DNA of 64,000 nt from an uncultured bacterium. GTDB lineage: Bacteria > Verrucomicrobiota > Verrucomicrobiia > Limisphaerales > UBA8199. Each line of letters begins with the position of its first letter. The first letter of the stretch is position 1. The stretch covers positions 192,001-256,000 of the forward strand of contig CAVVMW010000022.1 of assembly GCA_963749495.1 (NCBI GenBank), written 5' to 3'. Below are positions 13,301-23,339 of this stretch, piece by piece. The notes under the pieces are model-generated. The model made no database searches. It was not told where the DNA came from and saw only the letters and a program-made list of their open reading frames with translations. The position numbers and the translations under genes are program-made.

Positions 13301-14326
13301 AACGCCGTTGACGTTAGTTTGGGCAAAGCTGATGACCGCAGTGGCGTTGGTGGGGGTGAACGTTACCGTCTTGGTGTGGTATGGATTGGCGGCGCCGACC
13401 GGGCCGACATCTTCGTCATCGACGATCTTGCCGGCGGCCAAGACTTGCAGGCGCGCATGCGTGAGCGCCGCGCTCTGGGAGTTGTAGGCAAAGCTCAACT
13501 GGTAAGGGGTGTTGGGAACCAGGCCCGAGACCGTTTGGCTCAACGAGCCTTGCCCCGAGATGAACGCGACCAGGTCCTGGTCGGGAATTGCCCCGTTGTC
13601 GGCATACACGCCGCCAATCAAGCTGATCCCGTACGTGCCGGTTGCGTTCGTGTCCCATAGCCAGCCGGCCATGCTGGCGGGCGCGATGACCTCGCCGGAG
13701 TCGGTGGCCGGCGGGTTTGCCGTCGCGGTCGTGGGCGGTCCGCTCGCCTCGAAGCTGGGGTTCATCATGACCACGTTGCCGGCATCGCGCTGGACGATGC
13801 TCACCGCGTCGATGCAGACACTCGCGTCGCCGCTCACCACCACTTGCTGGAGGGTGAGCGTGCCGGTGTCGTTGGTGGGAGTGAAGGCGAAGTTCGCGAA
13901 CTGGTAGGCCGTGGTCACCTTCTGGACGTCAGTGACCAGGCCCACCTGCGCGCCATCGAAGCTGGCCGTCAATTCCATCGTCGGGGTGCTGCAGCAGTTG
14001 CGGCCTGCGTACCAAAACTGGACCCAATACTGTTTGCCGGGTGTCAACCCGCTGATGGTCTGCGACATGGAGGCGCCGCCCTGGATAAAGGCGACCCGGT
14101 CGCGGTCGGGGATGAGGGTGCCGGTGTTGTTGAACGGCCCGCCTGATTCGTTCACCCCGGAACCGCCGGTCCAACTGTCGATGGAGCCGTAACTGGGCCA
14201 GGTTGTGTTGTAGTTGTTCTCGAAGCTTGGGTTCGCCACGAAGGCGGCCCAAAGGGGTTGCGCCGCCAGGGCGAGGATCGTCACCAGCGGCATTCGCGGA
14301 ATGCTTGTCACTTTTTTGCCTTTCAT
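10352..14326 (-). CDS. Large secreted multidomain protein: 4 NPSFE carbohydrate-binding-like repeats, Ig-like part, PA14-like domain interrupted by a PA domain, C-terminal FYRL module
   Basis: Signal peptide; four 'NPSFE...IPD..VAF..G..SQT.SGL.PG..Y' repeats; GVNSDDGFRV; GAIALIDRGAVSFQQMV (PA); ends VITWPASATGFVLQET...KFYRLAH. Confidence 0.8.
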   Translation of the reverse strand: MKGKKVTSIPRMPLVTILALAAQPLWAAFVANPSFENNYNTTWPSYGSIDSWTGGSGVNESGGPFNNTGTLIPDRDRVAFIQGGASMSQTISGLTPGKQYWVQFWYAGRNCCSTPTMELTASFDGAQVGLVTDVQKVTTAYQFANFAFTPTNDTGTLTLQQVVVSGDASVCIDAVSIVQRDAGNVVMMNPSFEASGPPTTATANPPATDSGEVIAPASMAGWLWDTNATGTYGISLIGGVYADNGAIPDQDLVAFISGQGSLSQTVSGLVPNTPYQLSFAYNSQSAALTHARLQVLAAGKIVDDEDVGPVGAANPYHTKTVTFTPTNATAVISFAQTNVNGVLLLDDVRLVGQVAATYPLAFAPESLELAAGQTGQIQVTVPAAFLASSAADLSLTISVPTVAALVNADANGVLKLHFAPGATNVQSFQIQGLARGSAGLSATATAGLKVASLPSIKVHTSFVGNPSFEDAAAGVSPIPSWTGGSGVEDSTGPDLDNGIIPDRKQVAVLKGATTLSQQIFGLAPGKNYWLQFRYNAAALGAAAVDLKVKLGGNLLATIPNITAAGSAIGDVPFYFTNLVFVPTNASELLEFSSSPTVANTTPALFLDAVNMVQRDALETVIENPSFEASGEGPAPGYLQPGPIDGWTMTGGYGCNISPGDPFGDNGMAPDQDEVLFLQGSDTAANNISGLTVGQPYTFSYGVNLRTTASGNSMTYDVAFGDQALLTGQPITPVGDDNAYLTQYFVFTNDAPSASLVFTTHSVGDVTLLLDNIRLVQGIRVPPQLVSASPAPQESSVLQPTLQFVITQGSYPLNLSSLQLWLNGADVAASATVTPTNNPAGVIVTYAYPLLPAGTNTVELILSDKNSPPVTLDQTFSFVTLAMPTLNPALATAPGSANTNAPGFRCRMVQTATANENSDAQAEIMLAGGELPNLADDTLATDNGYFDVTGVINYDGAINAGASGGIGDFQASNGYPDAPFPGLPGTTGSTGNTAAEWLTFVAFPQAGPYWMGVNSDDGFRVSEATNQDYPVYLVAVTAPANLATNLLAIEAGFSPALPQLAAIGPVTGKLVETQPPDDSASISNASALQGAIALIDRGAVSFQQMVSNVVAAGAIGLIVADQQTTSDRIITLGGDGTGLTIPAVEVNYSSGQVLHSAYGAGTAVTVTLQTHAYTNLGFFNAGRGSADTLFGFNVPAAGVYPLRLVWENGNGEYSAGNALNLEWFTMDRDGNKVLLNDTSNPQALLAYRSRANNMPLALPPSLSSSLSAGKVVITWPASATGFVLQETSALPGGWTNSTATVTVQGSQNVVNIVPTGKAKFYRLAH

Positions 14327-14637
14327 AGTGCTTCTTTCTTGAGGGATTTGAATCTATCGAACGGAATCGATTCCAATTTTGAGCAAGAACCGGCCATTTC
14401 GATGGGGATGGGACAGGCCGCCGGACCTTGGCACGGGAAGCCCGCCCGGGTGAGCATTCGCTGCGCGCGCACCCAAAGCCGGCCTCGCAATCGCCGCTGC
14501 CAATTCCATAACCACACGGGCCTGAAACCAAACCGCCACGAAATCAACGAGTTCTTACGGCCAACCGCCTGCTTCTACGGTGGTCGCCCAACCTCACCAC
14601 AAAGCAAAGGTCATGTCGAGAAAATTATCCGATCATT

Positions 14638-14653
14638 TTTATGAATTTTTAAG
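14638..14653 (+). promoter_or_regulatory. Putative response-regulator box upstream of kdp (TTTATG-AATT-TTTAAG)
   Basis: AT-rich 10-bp-period direct repeat ~90 bp before the first kdp ORF; resembles the motifs at 34284 and 37236. Confidence 0.45.
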
Positions 14654-14738
14654 GGCTCGGAAGCTCCTTTTAATTACCTGTTGGTCCTGGAGCGTGCGAT
14701 GTTCGGCCCGTGAAAAAGTGCGGCTCGATGTAAATCTT

Positions 14739-14822
14739 ATGATGGATCTCATCTTTATCGGAGTGGTGGTGCTGTTCTTCGTGGCCGGCGGACTGTATGT
14801 CCGCCTCTGCGAGAAAATGTGA
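14739..14822 (+). CDS. 27-aa hydrophobic peptide preceding kdpF
   Basis: MMDLIFIGVVVLFFVAGGLYVRLCEKM; single TM; first ORF of the kdp operon. Confidence 0.75.
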   Translation: MMDLIFIGVVVLFFVAGGLYVRLCEKM

Positions 14823-14832
14823 AGGGCAACTT

Positions 14833-14916
14833 ATGGAAAACATCATCGTCGGCATCGTTGCCCTGTTGCTGTTCATTTACCTGCTGGCGGCCATGATTCG
14901 GCCCGAGAAATTCTGA
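14833..14916 (+). CDS. kdpF: K+-transporting ATPase subunit F
   Basis: Translated by hand: MENIIVGIVALLLFIYLLAAMIRPEKF (typical YL....PEKF end). Not in the ORF track. Confidence 0.92.
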   Translation: MENIIVGIVALLLFIYLLAAMIRPEKF

Positions 14917-14923
14917 GGGGACC

Positions 14924-16726
14924 ATGATGCACACAATTGACTGGCTGCAACTCGGGTTATTCGTGGCGGCGCTGGCGCTGATCACCAAACCGATGGGCCT
15001 TTACCTGGTTCGCGTCCTGGATGCCAATGGCCGGACCTGGGCGGACCCGGTTTTCAAACCCTTAGAGCGGCTCACCTACAGGCTGATGGGAGTCAACTCC
15101 GACAGAGAGCAGGATTGGAGAGAATATGCGTTTGCCATGCTGCTCTTCAGCCTGGTGAGCTGCTTGTTCACTTACGGGATACTGCGGCTGCAACACCTGC
15201 TGCCGCTCAATCCCCAGGGATTCGGGCCGGTGAGCCCGGACCTGGCCTTCAACACGGCCGCCAGCTTCACCACCAACACCAATTGGCAGAGCTACACCGG
15301 GGAATCCACGATGTCCTACCTCTCGCAGATGGTCGGGTTGGTGATTCACAACTTCGCCTCGGCGGCGACGGGCATAGCGGTCGCCGCCGCGCTGGTGCGG
15401 GGCATTGCCCGGCATTCGGCGCGCACCCTGGGCAACTTCTGGGTGGACCTGGTGCGCACGACGTATTACCTGCTGCTGCCCATCTGCCTGGTGTTTGCCG
15501 TCTTCCTTGTCTCGCAGGGCATGATCCAGAACTTCAAGCCCTACACCAAGGCCAAGCTCCTGGAGCCGATGAAGGTCCAAGTCGAGAAGAAGAACGACAA
15601 GGGCGAGACGGTCAAAGGGCCGGACGGCAAGCCGGTCATGGAAGAGCAGACCGTGGCCGAACAGGTCATCCCGCAAGGCCCGATGGCGTCGCAGGTGGCC
15701 ATCAAGATGCTGGGCACCAACGGCGGCGGTTTCACCAACGCCAACGCGGCGCATCCGTTCGAGAACCCCACGCCGCTCTCGAACTTCATCCAGATGCTCT
15801 CGATTTTCGCCATCGGCAGCGGCCTGACCTATTACCTCGGGCGGATGGTCAAGAACCAGGCGCACGGCTGGTCGGTGTGGGCCGCGATGATCGCCCTGTT
15901 CCTGGCCGGAGTGCTGTTATGCTGGCACTCGGAGGCGGCGGGCAACCCGATTCATCGGCAACTTGGCGTCGCGGCGGCCGGCGGGAACATGGAAGGCAAG
16001 GAGGTGCGCTTCGGCATCTTCAACTCCGCCCTGTTCGCGACGGTGACTACCGACGCCTCCTGCGGCGCGGTCAACTCGATGCACGATTCGTTCACCGCCC
16101 TGGGCGGGTTTGTGCCGCTCTTCAACATCCAGCTTGGGGAAATCATCATCGGCGGAGTCGGCGCCGGCCTCTATGGGATGCTCGTCTTCGTGGTGCTGGC
16201 GGTGTTCATCGCCGGGCTGATGGTGGGGCGGACGCCGGAATATCTGGGCAAGAAGATTCAGTCCTACGAGGTGAAGATGGCGATGCTGGCGCTGCTGGTG
16301 CTGGCGGTCTCGATACTGGGCTTTGCCGCCTGGGCCTCGGTCAGCAAGTGGGGCTTGGCCGGACTTAACAATAGCGGCCCTCACGGTTTGAGCGAGATGC
16401 TTTACGCCTATAGCTCGGCCAACGGCAACAACGGCAGCGCCTTTGCCGGCCTGAACGCCAACACGCCGTGGTACAACACCACCATCGGCCTGGCGATGCT
16501 GATCGGGCGATTCCTGATGATCATCCCGATTATCGCCCTGGCCGGCTCGCTCGCTCAAAAGAAGATCGCTCCCCCCAGCGCCGGCACCTTCCCGGTCGCC
16601 GGGTTCACCTTTGTCGTGCTGCTGCTGGGGACCGTGCTGCTGGTGGGCGCTCTGAACTTCCTGCCCGGCCTGACACTGGGCCCCATTGTCGAGCACTTCC
16701 TGACCGGCCAGGGCAAACTCTATTGA
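14924..16726 (+). CDS. kdpA: K+-transporting ATPase subunit A
   Basis: FTTNTNWQSY, LGTNGGGF, SCGAVNSMHDS and NNGSAFAGL selectivity-filter motifs. Confidence 0.98.
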   Translation: MMHTIDWLQLGLFVAALALITKPMGLYLVRVLDANGRTWADPVFKPLERLTYRLMGVNSDREQDWREYAFAMLLFSLVSCLFTYGILRLQHLLPLNPQGFGPVSPDLAFNTAASFTTNTNWQSYTGESTMSYLSQMVGLVIHNFASAATGIAVAAALVRGIARHSARTLGNFWVDLVRTTYYLLLPICLVFAVFLVSQGMIQNFKPYTKAKLLEPMKVQVEKKNDKGETVKGPDGKPVMEEQTVAEQVIPQGPMASQVAIKMLGTNGGGFTNANAAHPFENPTPLSNFIQMLSIFAIGSGLTYYLGRMVKNQAHGWSVWAAMIALFLAGVLLCWHSEAAGNPIHRQLGVAAAGGNMEGKEVRFGIFNSALFATVTTDASCGAVNSMHDSFTALGGFVPLFNIQLGEIIIGGVGAGLYGMLVFVVLAVFIAGLMVGRTPEYLGKKIQSYEVKMAMLALLVLAVSILGFAAWASVSKWGLAGLNNSGPHGLSEMLYAYSSANGNNGSAFAGLNANTPWYNTTIGLAMLIGRFLMIIPIIALAGSLAQKKIAPPSAGTFPVAGFTFVVLLLGTVLLVGALNFLPGLTLGPIVEHFLTGQGKLY

Positions 16727-16735
16727 GCAACAGTT

Positions 16736-18895
16736 ATGACACACGAAGCTCCTTCCCTTTTTGATTGGGCCATCGTCGGCCCCGCCGTCGGCGGTTCGTT
16801 CCGAAAGCTTGACCCGCGGCTCATGGTCAAGAACCCGGTCATGTTCGTCACGATGGTCGGCGCTGTGCTGACCACGGCGGGGATCTTCACCTCGCCGAGC
16901 GAGCGGGGTTTCATTGCCCAACTGGCGCTCTGGCTCTGGTTCACGGTCCTGTTCGCCAATTTCGCGGAGGCGGTGGCGGAGGGCCGCGGCAAGGCCCAGG
17001 CGGACAGCCTGCGCAAGGCGCGCAAGGACACGATGGCGCGGCGCCTGCGCGATGGGCGCGAGGAGAAGGTGCCCGCGCCGCAGTTGCAGAAGGGCGACTT
17101 GGTCGTGTGCGAGGCCGGGGACCTGATTCCGGCCGATGGGGACGTGGTCGAGGGCATCGCCAGTGTCGATGAGTCTGCCATCACCGGCGAATCGGCGCCG
17201 GTCATCCGCGAGAGCGGCGGCGACCGCAGCGCGGTCACCGGCGGCACCCGGGTCATCAGCGACCGCATCGTCATCCGTGTGACACAGGAAAAGGGCAATG
17301 CCTTCCTGGACCGGATGATTGCCATGGTGGAGGGCGCCCGGCGCCAGAAAACCCCCAACGAAATCGCCCTGACCATTCTTCTGGCCGCGCTGACGTTCAT
17401 CTTCCTGCTGGTTTGCGTGACCTTGAAACCGTTCGGCATTTACTCCGGCGCGACCTTCACCGTGCCGGTGCTGGTGGCCCTGCTGGTTTGCCTCATCCCG
17501 ACCACCATCGGCGGCTTGCTCAGCGCCATCGGCATCAGCGGCATTGACCGGCTCATTCGCCGCAACGTCATGGCCACCAGCGGCCGGGCCGTCGAGGCGG
17601 CCGGCGACGTGGACGTGCTGCTGCTGGACAAGACGGGCACGATCACCCTGGGAAACCGGATGGCGACGGAATTCATCCCCGCGCCGGGCGTCACGCAGGA
17701 GCGGTTGGCGGATTGCGCCCAACTGGCGTCGCTGGCGGATGAGACGCCCGAAGGCCGCTCCGTAGTGGTGCTGGCCAAACAGCGGTTCAACTTGCGCGCC
17801 CGGGTCGTCGCCGAGCCCCAGGCCAGGTTTGTGCCGTTCACAGCGCAGACACGCATGAGCGGGGTGGATTTTTATCGCGAGGTCGAGAGCAGCCCGCCGG
17901 CTGCCCAACCGGCTGTGGCCGCGGCCGTGGGGGACGAGCGCTCCGTTGCCCCGCCCTCACGAGGCGGTGGCGCGGCGGTCCCTTCCCTGCGAGTTTTGCC
18001 CGAGCTCAAGCCGATTCGCTGCATTCGCAAAGGCGCGGCGGAAGCCATGCGCGCCCATATCGATCAACGCGGCGGCAGGTTTCCCGAAAAGGTCAACCAG
18101 ACCGTTGAGGAAATCTCCCGCTCGGGGGGCACTCCCCTGGTCGTGGCCGAAGGCGCCGAGGTGCTCGGGGTCGTCCAACTCAAGGACGTCATCAAGGGCG
18201 GCATCAAGGAACGGTTTGCCCAACTGCGCAAGATGGGCATCCGCACCGTGATGATCACCGGCGACAATCCGCTCACGGCGGCGGCCATCGCGGCCGAAGC
18301 GGGTGTGGACGATTTCCTCGCCCAGGCCACGCCCGAGGCCAAGCTCAAACGCATCCGCTCCGAGCAAGCCGCCGGCCACCTCGTGGCCATGACCGGCGAC
18401 GGCACCAACGACGCCCCGGCCCTGGCGCAGGCGGACGTTGGCGTGGCCATGAACACCGGCACTCAGGCCGCCCGCGAGGCCGGCAACATGGTGGACCTGG
18501 ACAGCAACCCGACCAAGCTCATCGAGATCGTCGAAATCGGAAAGCAACTGCTCATCACGCGCGGCTCGCTCACCACCTTTAGCATCGCCAACGACGTGGC
18601 CAAGTACTTCGCCATCATTCCGGCGATGCTCATGACGACCTTCCCGGCCATCCTTCCGCTCAACATCATGCACCTGCACAATTCGACCAGCGCCATCCTG
18701 AGCGCCGTCATTTTCAACGCCCTGATCATTATCGCCCTCATCCCCTTGGCCTTGCGGGGCGTGGTCTATAAACCCATCGGCGCGTTGGCGATCTTGCAGC
18801 GCAACCTTCTCATTTACGGCCTGGGAGGGGTCATCATTCCGTTTGTCGGCATCAAACTGATCGACATCATCATCACTGCACTCAAGCTCGTTTAG
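16736..18895 (+). CDS. kdpB: K+-transporting ATPase subunit B (P-type ATPase)
   Basis: [25 protein letters not shown]. Confidence 0.98.
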   Translation: MTHEAPSLFDWAIVGPAVGGSFRKLDPRLMVKNPVMFVTMVGAVLTTAGIFTSPSERGFIAQLALWLWFTVLFANFAEAVAEGRGKAQADSLRKARKDTMARRLRDGREEKVPAPQLQKGDLVVCEAGDLIPADGDVVEGIASVDESAITGESAPVIRESGGDRSAVTGGTRVISDRIVIRVTQEKGNAFLDRMIAMVEGARRQKTPNEIALTILLAALTFIFLLVCVTLKPFGIYSGATFTVPVLVALLVCLIPTTIGGLLSAIGISGIDRLIRRNVMATSGRAVEAAGDVDVLLLDKTGTITLGNRMATEFIPAPGVTQERLADCAQLASLADETPEGRSVVVLAKQRFNLRARVVAEPQARFVPFTAQTRMSGVDFYREVESSPPAAQPAVAAAVGDERSVAPPSRGGGAAVPSLRVLPELKPIRCIRKGAAEAMRAHIDQRGGRFPEKVNQTVEEISRSGGTPLVVAEGAEVLGVVQLKDVIKGGIKERFAQLRKMGIRTVMITGDNPLTAAAIAAEAGVDDFLAQATPEAKLKRIRSEQAAGHLVAMTGDGTNDAPALAQADVGVAMNTGTQAAREAGNMVDLDSNPTKLIEIVEIGKQLLITRGSLTTFSIANDVAKYFAIIPAMLMTTFPAILPLNIMHLHNSTSAILSAVIFNALIIIALIPLALRGVVYKPIGALAILQRNLLIYGLGGVIIPFVGIKLIDIIITALKLV

Positions 18896-18909
18896 TCTTA
18901 TCTAATGCC

Positions 18910-19512
18910 ATGAAAGCCATCCTTTCCGAAATCCGCAGCGCAGTGCTGGTCACTCTGGCGCTGGCCGTCGTGTGCTGCGGCCTTTACCCGTTGGTCGTGT
19001 TTGGGCTCGCCCAGGCGCTCTTCCCGCACAAAGCCAACGGCAGCCTGATCGTCGACGCCAAAGGGAACACCCAGGGTTCGCGCCTGCTCGGGCAGCCGTT
19101 CAGCGCCGACAAGTATTTCCACCCGCGTCCCTCGGCTGCCGGCAACGGCTATGACTCGACCAGTTCGGGCGGCAGCAACCTGGGGCCGACCTCGCAGAAG
19201 CTCCGCGACTCGATCGTTCAGAACCTTGCCGATTTCCGCGCCCAGAACGGGCTGGCAACCAACGCGCCCGTCCCGGCCGATGCGGTCACCGCCTCCGGCA
19301 GCGGCCTGGACCCGCACATCAGCCCCCAGAACGCCCAACTCCAGGCCCCGCGCGTCGCCAAGGCCCGCGGCCTCGCTCTGGAAAAGGTGCGGGCGCTCAT
19401 TGCCCAGCACACCGACAGCGCCGACCTCGGAATCCTCGGCGAGCCGGGAGTGAATGTGCTGGAACTGAACCTCGCTTTGGACGCAATCCAGGCATCAGCA
19501 GCCTCCAATTGA
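18910..19512 (+). CDS. kdpC: K+-transporting ATPase subunit C
   Basis: ANGSLI, YFHPRPSA, SGGSNLGP, VTASGSGLDPHISP, GEPGVNVLELNLALD. Confidence 0.97.
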   Translation: MKAILSEIRSAVLVTLALAVVCCGLYPLVVFGLAQALFPHKANGSLIVDAKGNTQGSRLLGQPFSADKYFHPRPSAAGNGYDSTSSGGSNLGPTSQKLRDSIVQNLADFRAQNGLATNAPVPADAVTASGSGLDPHISPQNAQLQAPRVAKARGLALEKVRALIAQHTDSADLGILGEPGVNVLELNLALDAIQASAASN

Positions 19513-19871
19513 AGCCGGATCCCACGGTCTTAATCATTGATAACGAGAAGGCGGTGCGCCGTCTGCTGCGGGCCGTGCTCCAACCGCAGGGCTACCGGGT
19601 CTTCGAGGCGGAGAGCGGCGGAGCTGGCGTGAAGCAAGCCGTCGAGTGCAAGCCCGACGTGATAATTCTGGAAATGGCGCTGCCCGATGGGGACGGGTTA
19701 GGCGTCCTCCACACTTTGCGGCAGTGGAATCACACCCCGGTCCTGGTCCTTTCCGAGCAAACCGATGACGGAGCCAAAGTGGCGGCACTGGATGCAGGCG
19801 CCAACGATTACCTGACCAAGCCGTTCAGCAGCGCTGAGCAAATTCTCGTTGGAATGCGAATTGAGCCATGA
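19509..19871 (+). pseudogene. kdpE: KdpE-like response regulator, receiver domain only (DNA-binding domain missing, phospho-Asp position reads E)
   Basis: VLIIDNE...PDVIILEMALPDGDG...ALDAGANDYLTKPF, then stops after ~13 residues; no kdpD in the window. Confidence 0.7.
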
Positions 19872-19956
19872 GCACGATCGAAATAATCCAGACCAATGTG
19901 GCCCTCGATGAAATGAGTGCCAGCCAGAAGCCCGCGCACGCAGCGCTAGCAAACGG

Positions 19957-20295
19957 GTGAACGCCATGGCCCCATGGATGAAGCCCGCGGCTTGGCTTGC
20001 TTTTGTGGCCGCAGCCCTGCTCGAGGTTCTGGGGGACGCCGTGGTCCGCCGCGGCTTGCGAGGCGGCAGCGCAGGGTGGATCATCACGGGATGTGCAACG
20101 CTGGCCCTCTACGGGCTGGCGGTCAATTCGGTTAGATGGGACTTCTCCAAGCTGCTCGGCGTCTATGTCGGATTCTTTGCCGCCGCGAGCATCCTTTTTG
20201 GGCGGTTCGTTTTCCGCGAGGAAGTCCCCGTTACGACCTGGTGCGGCCTTGCTTTGATTATTGTTGGCGGCTTCGTCATCCAGCTCGGCCGCTAG
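19957..20295 (+). CDS. Small 4-TM membrane protein (SMR/YnfA-like DMT superfamily)
   Basis: AALLEVLGD in TM1, four hydrophobic segments, 112 aa. Confidence 0.7.
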   Translation: MNAMAPWMKPAAWLAFVAAALLEVLGDAVVRRGLRGGSAGWIITGCATLALYGLAVNSVRWDFSKLLGVYVGFFAAASILFGRFVFREEVPVTTWCGLALIIVGGFVIQLGR

Positions 20296-20317
20296 CTGAA
20301 CCAGCAAGGAGTGTTAA

Positions 20318-21683
20318 TGCAATTGGAAACGCCTGGATCAGGCATTCCGGGAACAGATGGGTCAACCCGCCTATTCAGAACCGACCCCGCCGGCGCCGGG
20401 AACGCCTGCGCCCCCTCCAACCCGCAGGGGACTTCCTCCGCCTCTTGATTCGCCCCCGTTCCCGACTGGCGACTGGCAGATTGGAGGCACGCCGATTGTC
20501 GGTGATCCGAACTTGACGCCGGATTATCCTCTGATGCAAGCCCTGTACCAGGGGCCCCACGGCAAATTCTGGAGCGACACGAACATCAAGATCTACGGCT
20601 GGGTGGATACCTCAGGCAACGTCAGCACGTCGGGGAAAGACAACGTTCGGGCCCAACGGGCAGAGCGGCAACTTCCCGCTCATCTACCCACAGCGGCCAA
20701 ACCGGTTCGAGCTCGACCAGGCGGTGCTTTACTTCGAGCGCACGCCAAACGAATTTCAGACGGACCACGTTGACTGGGGCTTTCGCATCGCGAACGTCTA
20801 TGGCCTTGATTACCGGTACATGATCTCGCGGGGGCTGTTCAGCGGCCAGTTGCTGGCTGATAACCGATTCTACGGCTACGATATGCCGATGGCTTACGTG
20901 GATTTGTACATTCCGCACGTGTTTCAGGGGATGAACGTCCGGGTTGGCCGGATCATCTCCGAGGCGGACATCGAGGCGCAGTTGGCGCCGAACAACCCCA
21001 TGAGCACCCATTCCCTGCTCTATAGTTTCGATCCCTATACGCAGGAGGGCATATTCACCACCACCAAAATCAATGACCGTTGGACGGTCCAAGCGGGGCT
21101 TGCCAACGGCAACGATGTGGCCCTGTGGCAAAAGGACCGAGGCAACCAGCCGACCGGGACCACCATGCTCCAATACAATTCGCCCAACAACAAGTTCTCC
21201 TTTTACGGCGGCGCCAACTCCTTCAATAACGGGGATTTCGGATACAATAACCTCCAGCAGTACGTCGGCACTTTCAGCTACAAGTTCAACGAGAAGATTT
21301 GGACCACTCACGAGACCTGGTACATGTTCGAGCACAACGCGACGACCGCTCCGACAGCGGCGGTGCCCTTCAACAATGCCTTCTACCCGGTAAGGCCGGG
21401 CTACGCGCCCGAGTGGGCGTCGGTCAACTACACCTTCTTTCGCCTTGGAGCGAGCACTTTCCTCACGCTCCGCAACGAGATCTTCAACGACATCGTGGGC
21501 CAGCGCACAGGTTACAACACGGTGTACTCGGAGCACTCCATTGGATTGACTTATTGGCCGAATAAACTCATCACCTTCCGTCCGGAAGTGCGATACGATC
21601 ATTCGTATGCCAAAGCAGCCTATGACAACGGGTCCCGTCATAACCAGGTCGTTGCGAGCTTCGACATTATTGTTCACTTCTAG
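20318..21683 (+). CDS. Outer-membrane beta-barrel porin (DUF1597/BBP2-like); frameshift near 20645 and no signal peptide in frame
   Basis: ORF 20357 (PPPLDSPPFP..IKIYGWVD) joins ORF 20724 (VDWGFR, FRPEVRYDHS); ends in terminal Phe (FDIIVHF). Confidence 0.75.
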
Positions 21684-21726
21684 TTGAACCGACGATCAAC
21701 CGGTTGTGGTGTGCATGAGTCCCAGG

Positions 21727-21901
21727 GGTGTTGACAACGTCGTAGCGCAGGTTGCCAAACCTGCCGTATCGCCGATTTCCAGTCGGCAGGGTGTCATATA
21801 TGGGCGAGGCGCCCGCAGGTTGGAAATCTGCGATACAGCAGGTTGGAAATCTGCGCTACGCCTTCCGGCTGGCGAGACCTGTACCACTCTCTGTCAACTT
21901 C
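21727..21901. repeat. REP-like palindrome (GTAGCGCAG...CTGCGCTAC) inside degenerate GGTGTTGACA/TGTCAAC ends
   Basis: Inverted symmetry 21742-21860; weak outer inverted repeats. Confidence 0.55.
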
Positions 21902-22118
21902 TTGTTTTTTTGAAAGAAGTTTTGGTTGCGGCTCTGCCGCGCTGGGAAATATGCGGGCTAGGTTCTGGCGGCCCGTTGGGCCGCTTTCGCGCATCAAGGA
22001 CATTAGGGGGGCGGCGCCCGACACCACTATGAGGCGGCGCCTGACACGAGAATTCTGCCTGGTCTGATAGACAGGGGCTTGGCCCTCATTATGTTGTGTT
22101 CAACCTGTAAATCGACCC

Positions 22119-23328
22119 ATGAAGCATCCACCGCACCTTGGGAGGAGCGCCGCCGCCGTAGTCGTGGCGGCTGCGGCCATTGTTCTCGCGGCGGCCCTGC
22201 TGAGATCCGGGTCTGGCCAACCCGCGCACGCGCGCGCACAGGCGCCGGCTCCTGTTTCCCAGGCGCTGCAGTCCGAGGCCTCCGTGGACCTGCTGCCGAG
22301 CCAGGCTCAATGCGGTCCAGGTCGAGGTGGTGGGCACTTACCGGTTTCCCGTGGAAAAAGAGGCCGTGGGGAGCATCAGCTTCGTCGATGACCTGTCGGT
22401 CCAGGTGTTCCCGCCCTACCAGGGGAAGATTATCAAGACGTTCGTCGAGCTGGGGGACGAGGTTCAGAAGGGACAACCGCTCTACACGATTGACAGTCCG
22501 GACCTCATCCAGGCCGAGTCGAGCCTGATTGGGGCCGCGGCCAGCTTCGCCCTGACCAGCAAGGAGTTGGCGCGCGTGACGGAGCTTAATGGAACCAACG
22601 GAGTGTCCGAACGCGAGTTGGAGCAGGCCGCCTCCGATCACCAAACGGCAGAGGGCGCCCTCAAGGCCGCGCGGGATGCCGTGCGCGTCTTCGGCAAGAC
22701 CGAGTCCGAAATCGATCAAATCGTGGCCACGCGCAAGGTTGACGCCGCGCTGGTCGTTCCCAGCCCAATGAGTGGCCAGGTGACAGCTTACAACGCCCCT
22801 CCGGGACTCTTAGTGCAGCCGGGGGCCGGTCCGGCGCCTTTCTCCGTCGCCGACACCTCGACCAAGTGGATGCTGGCCAACGTTACCGAAAGCGACAGCC
22901 CGTTGTTCCACATTGGGCAGCCCGTCGAGGCCAGGGTGATGGCCTATCCGGGGCGCGTCTTCGAGGGCCGGATTTCCAAGATCTATGCGACGGTGGACCC
23001 GAACACCCATCGGGTAACGATCCGCTCCGACATTGCGGACCCCCAAAATGAGTTGCGCCCTGGAATGCTAGCCAACTTTGTGATTCGAGTCCAGGACCCG
23101 ATCGAGTCGGTTGCCATCCCGATGAATGGCGTCGTGCGAAACGGCGATGGCACGATGGCGGCCTGGGTGACCACCGATCGGCACCGATTTGCGCAAAGAA
23201 TCGTCAGGATTGGCCTGCAAAGCGACGGCAAGTACCAGGTCCTTGAAGGATTGAAACCTGGAGAACTGGCGGTGGGCAACGGGGCAGTTTTCCTGAGCAA
23301 CATGTTGGAGGCCCCGCCTACAGACTGA
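22119..23328 (+). CDS. RND periplasmic adaptor (CzcB/CusB-like); +1 frameshift near 22305
   Basis: N-terminal anchor in ORF 22119. VELGDEVQKGQPLYTIDSPD and LRPGMLA lie in ORF 22327. Confidence 0.88.
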
Positions 23329-23339
23329 TTCTAGGTCTC

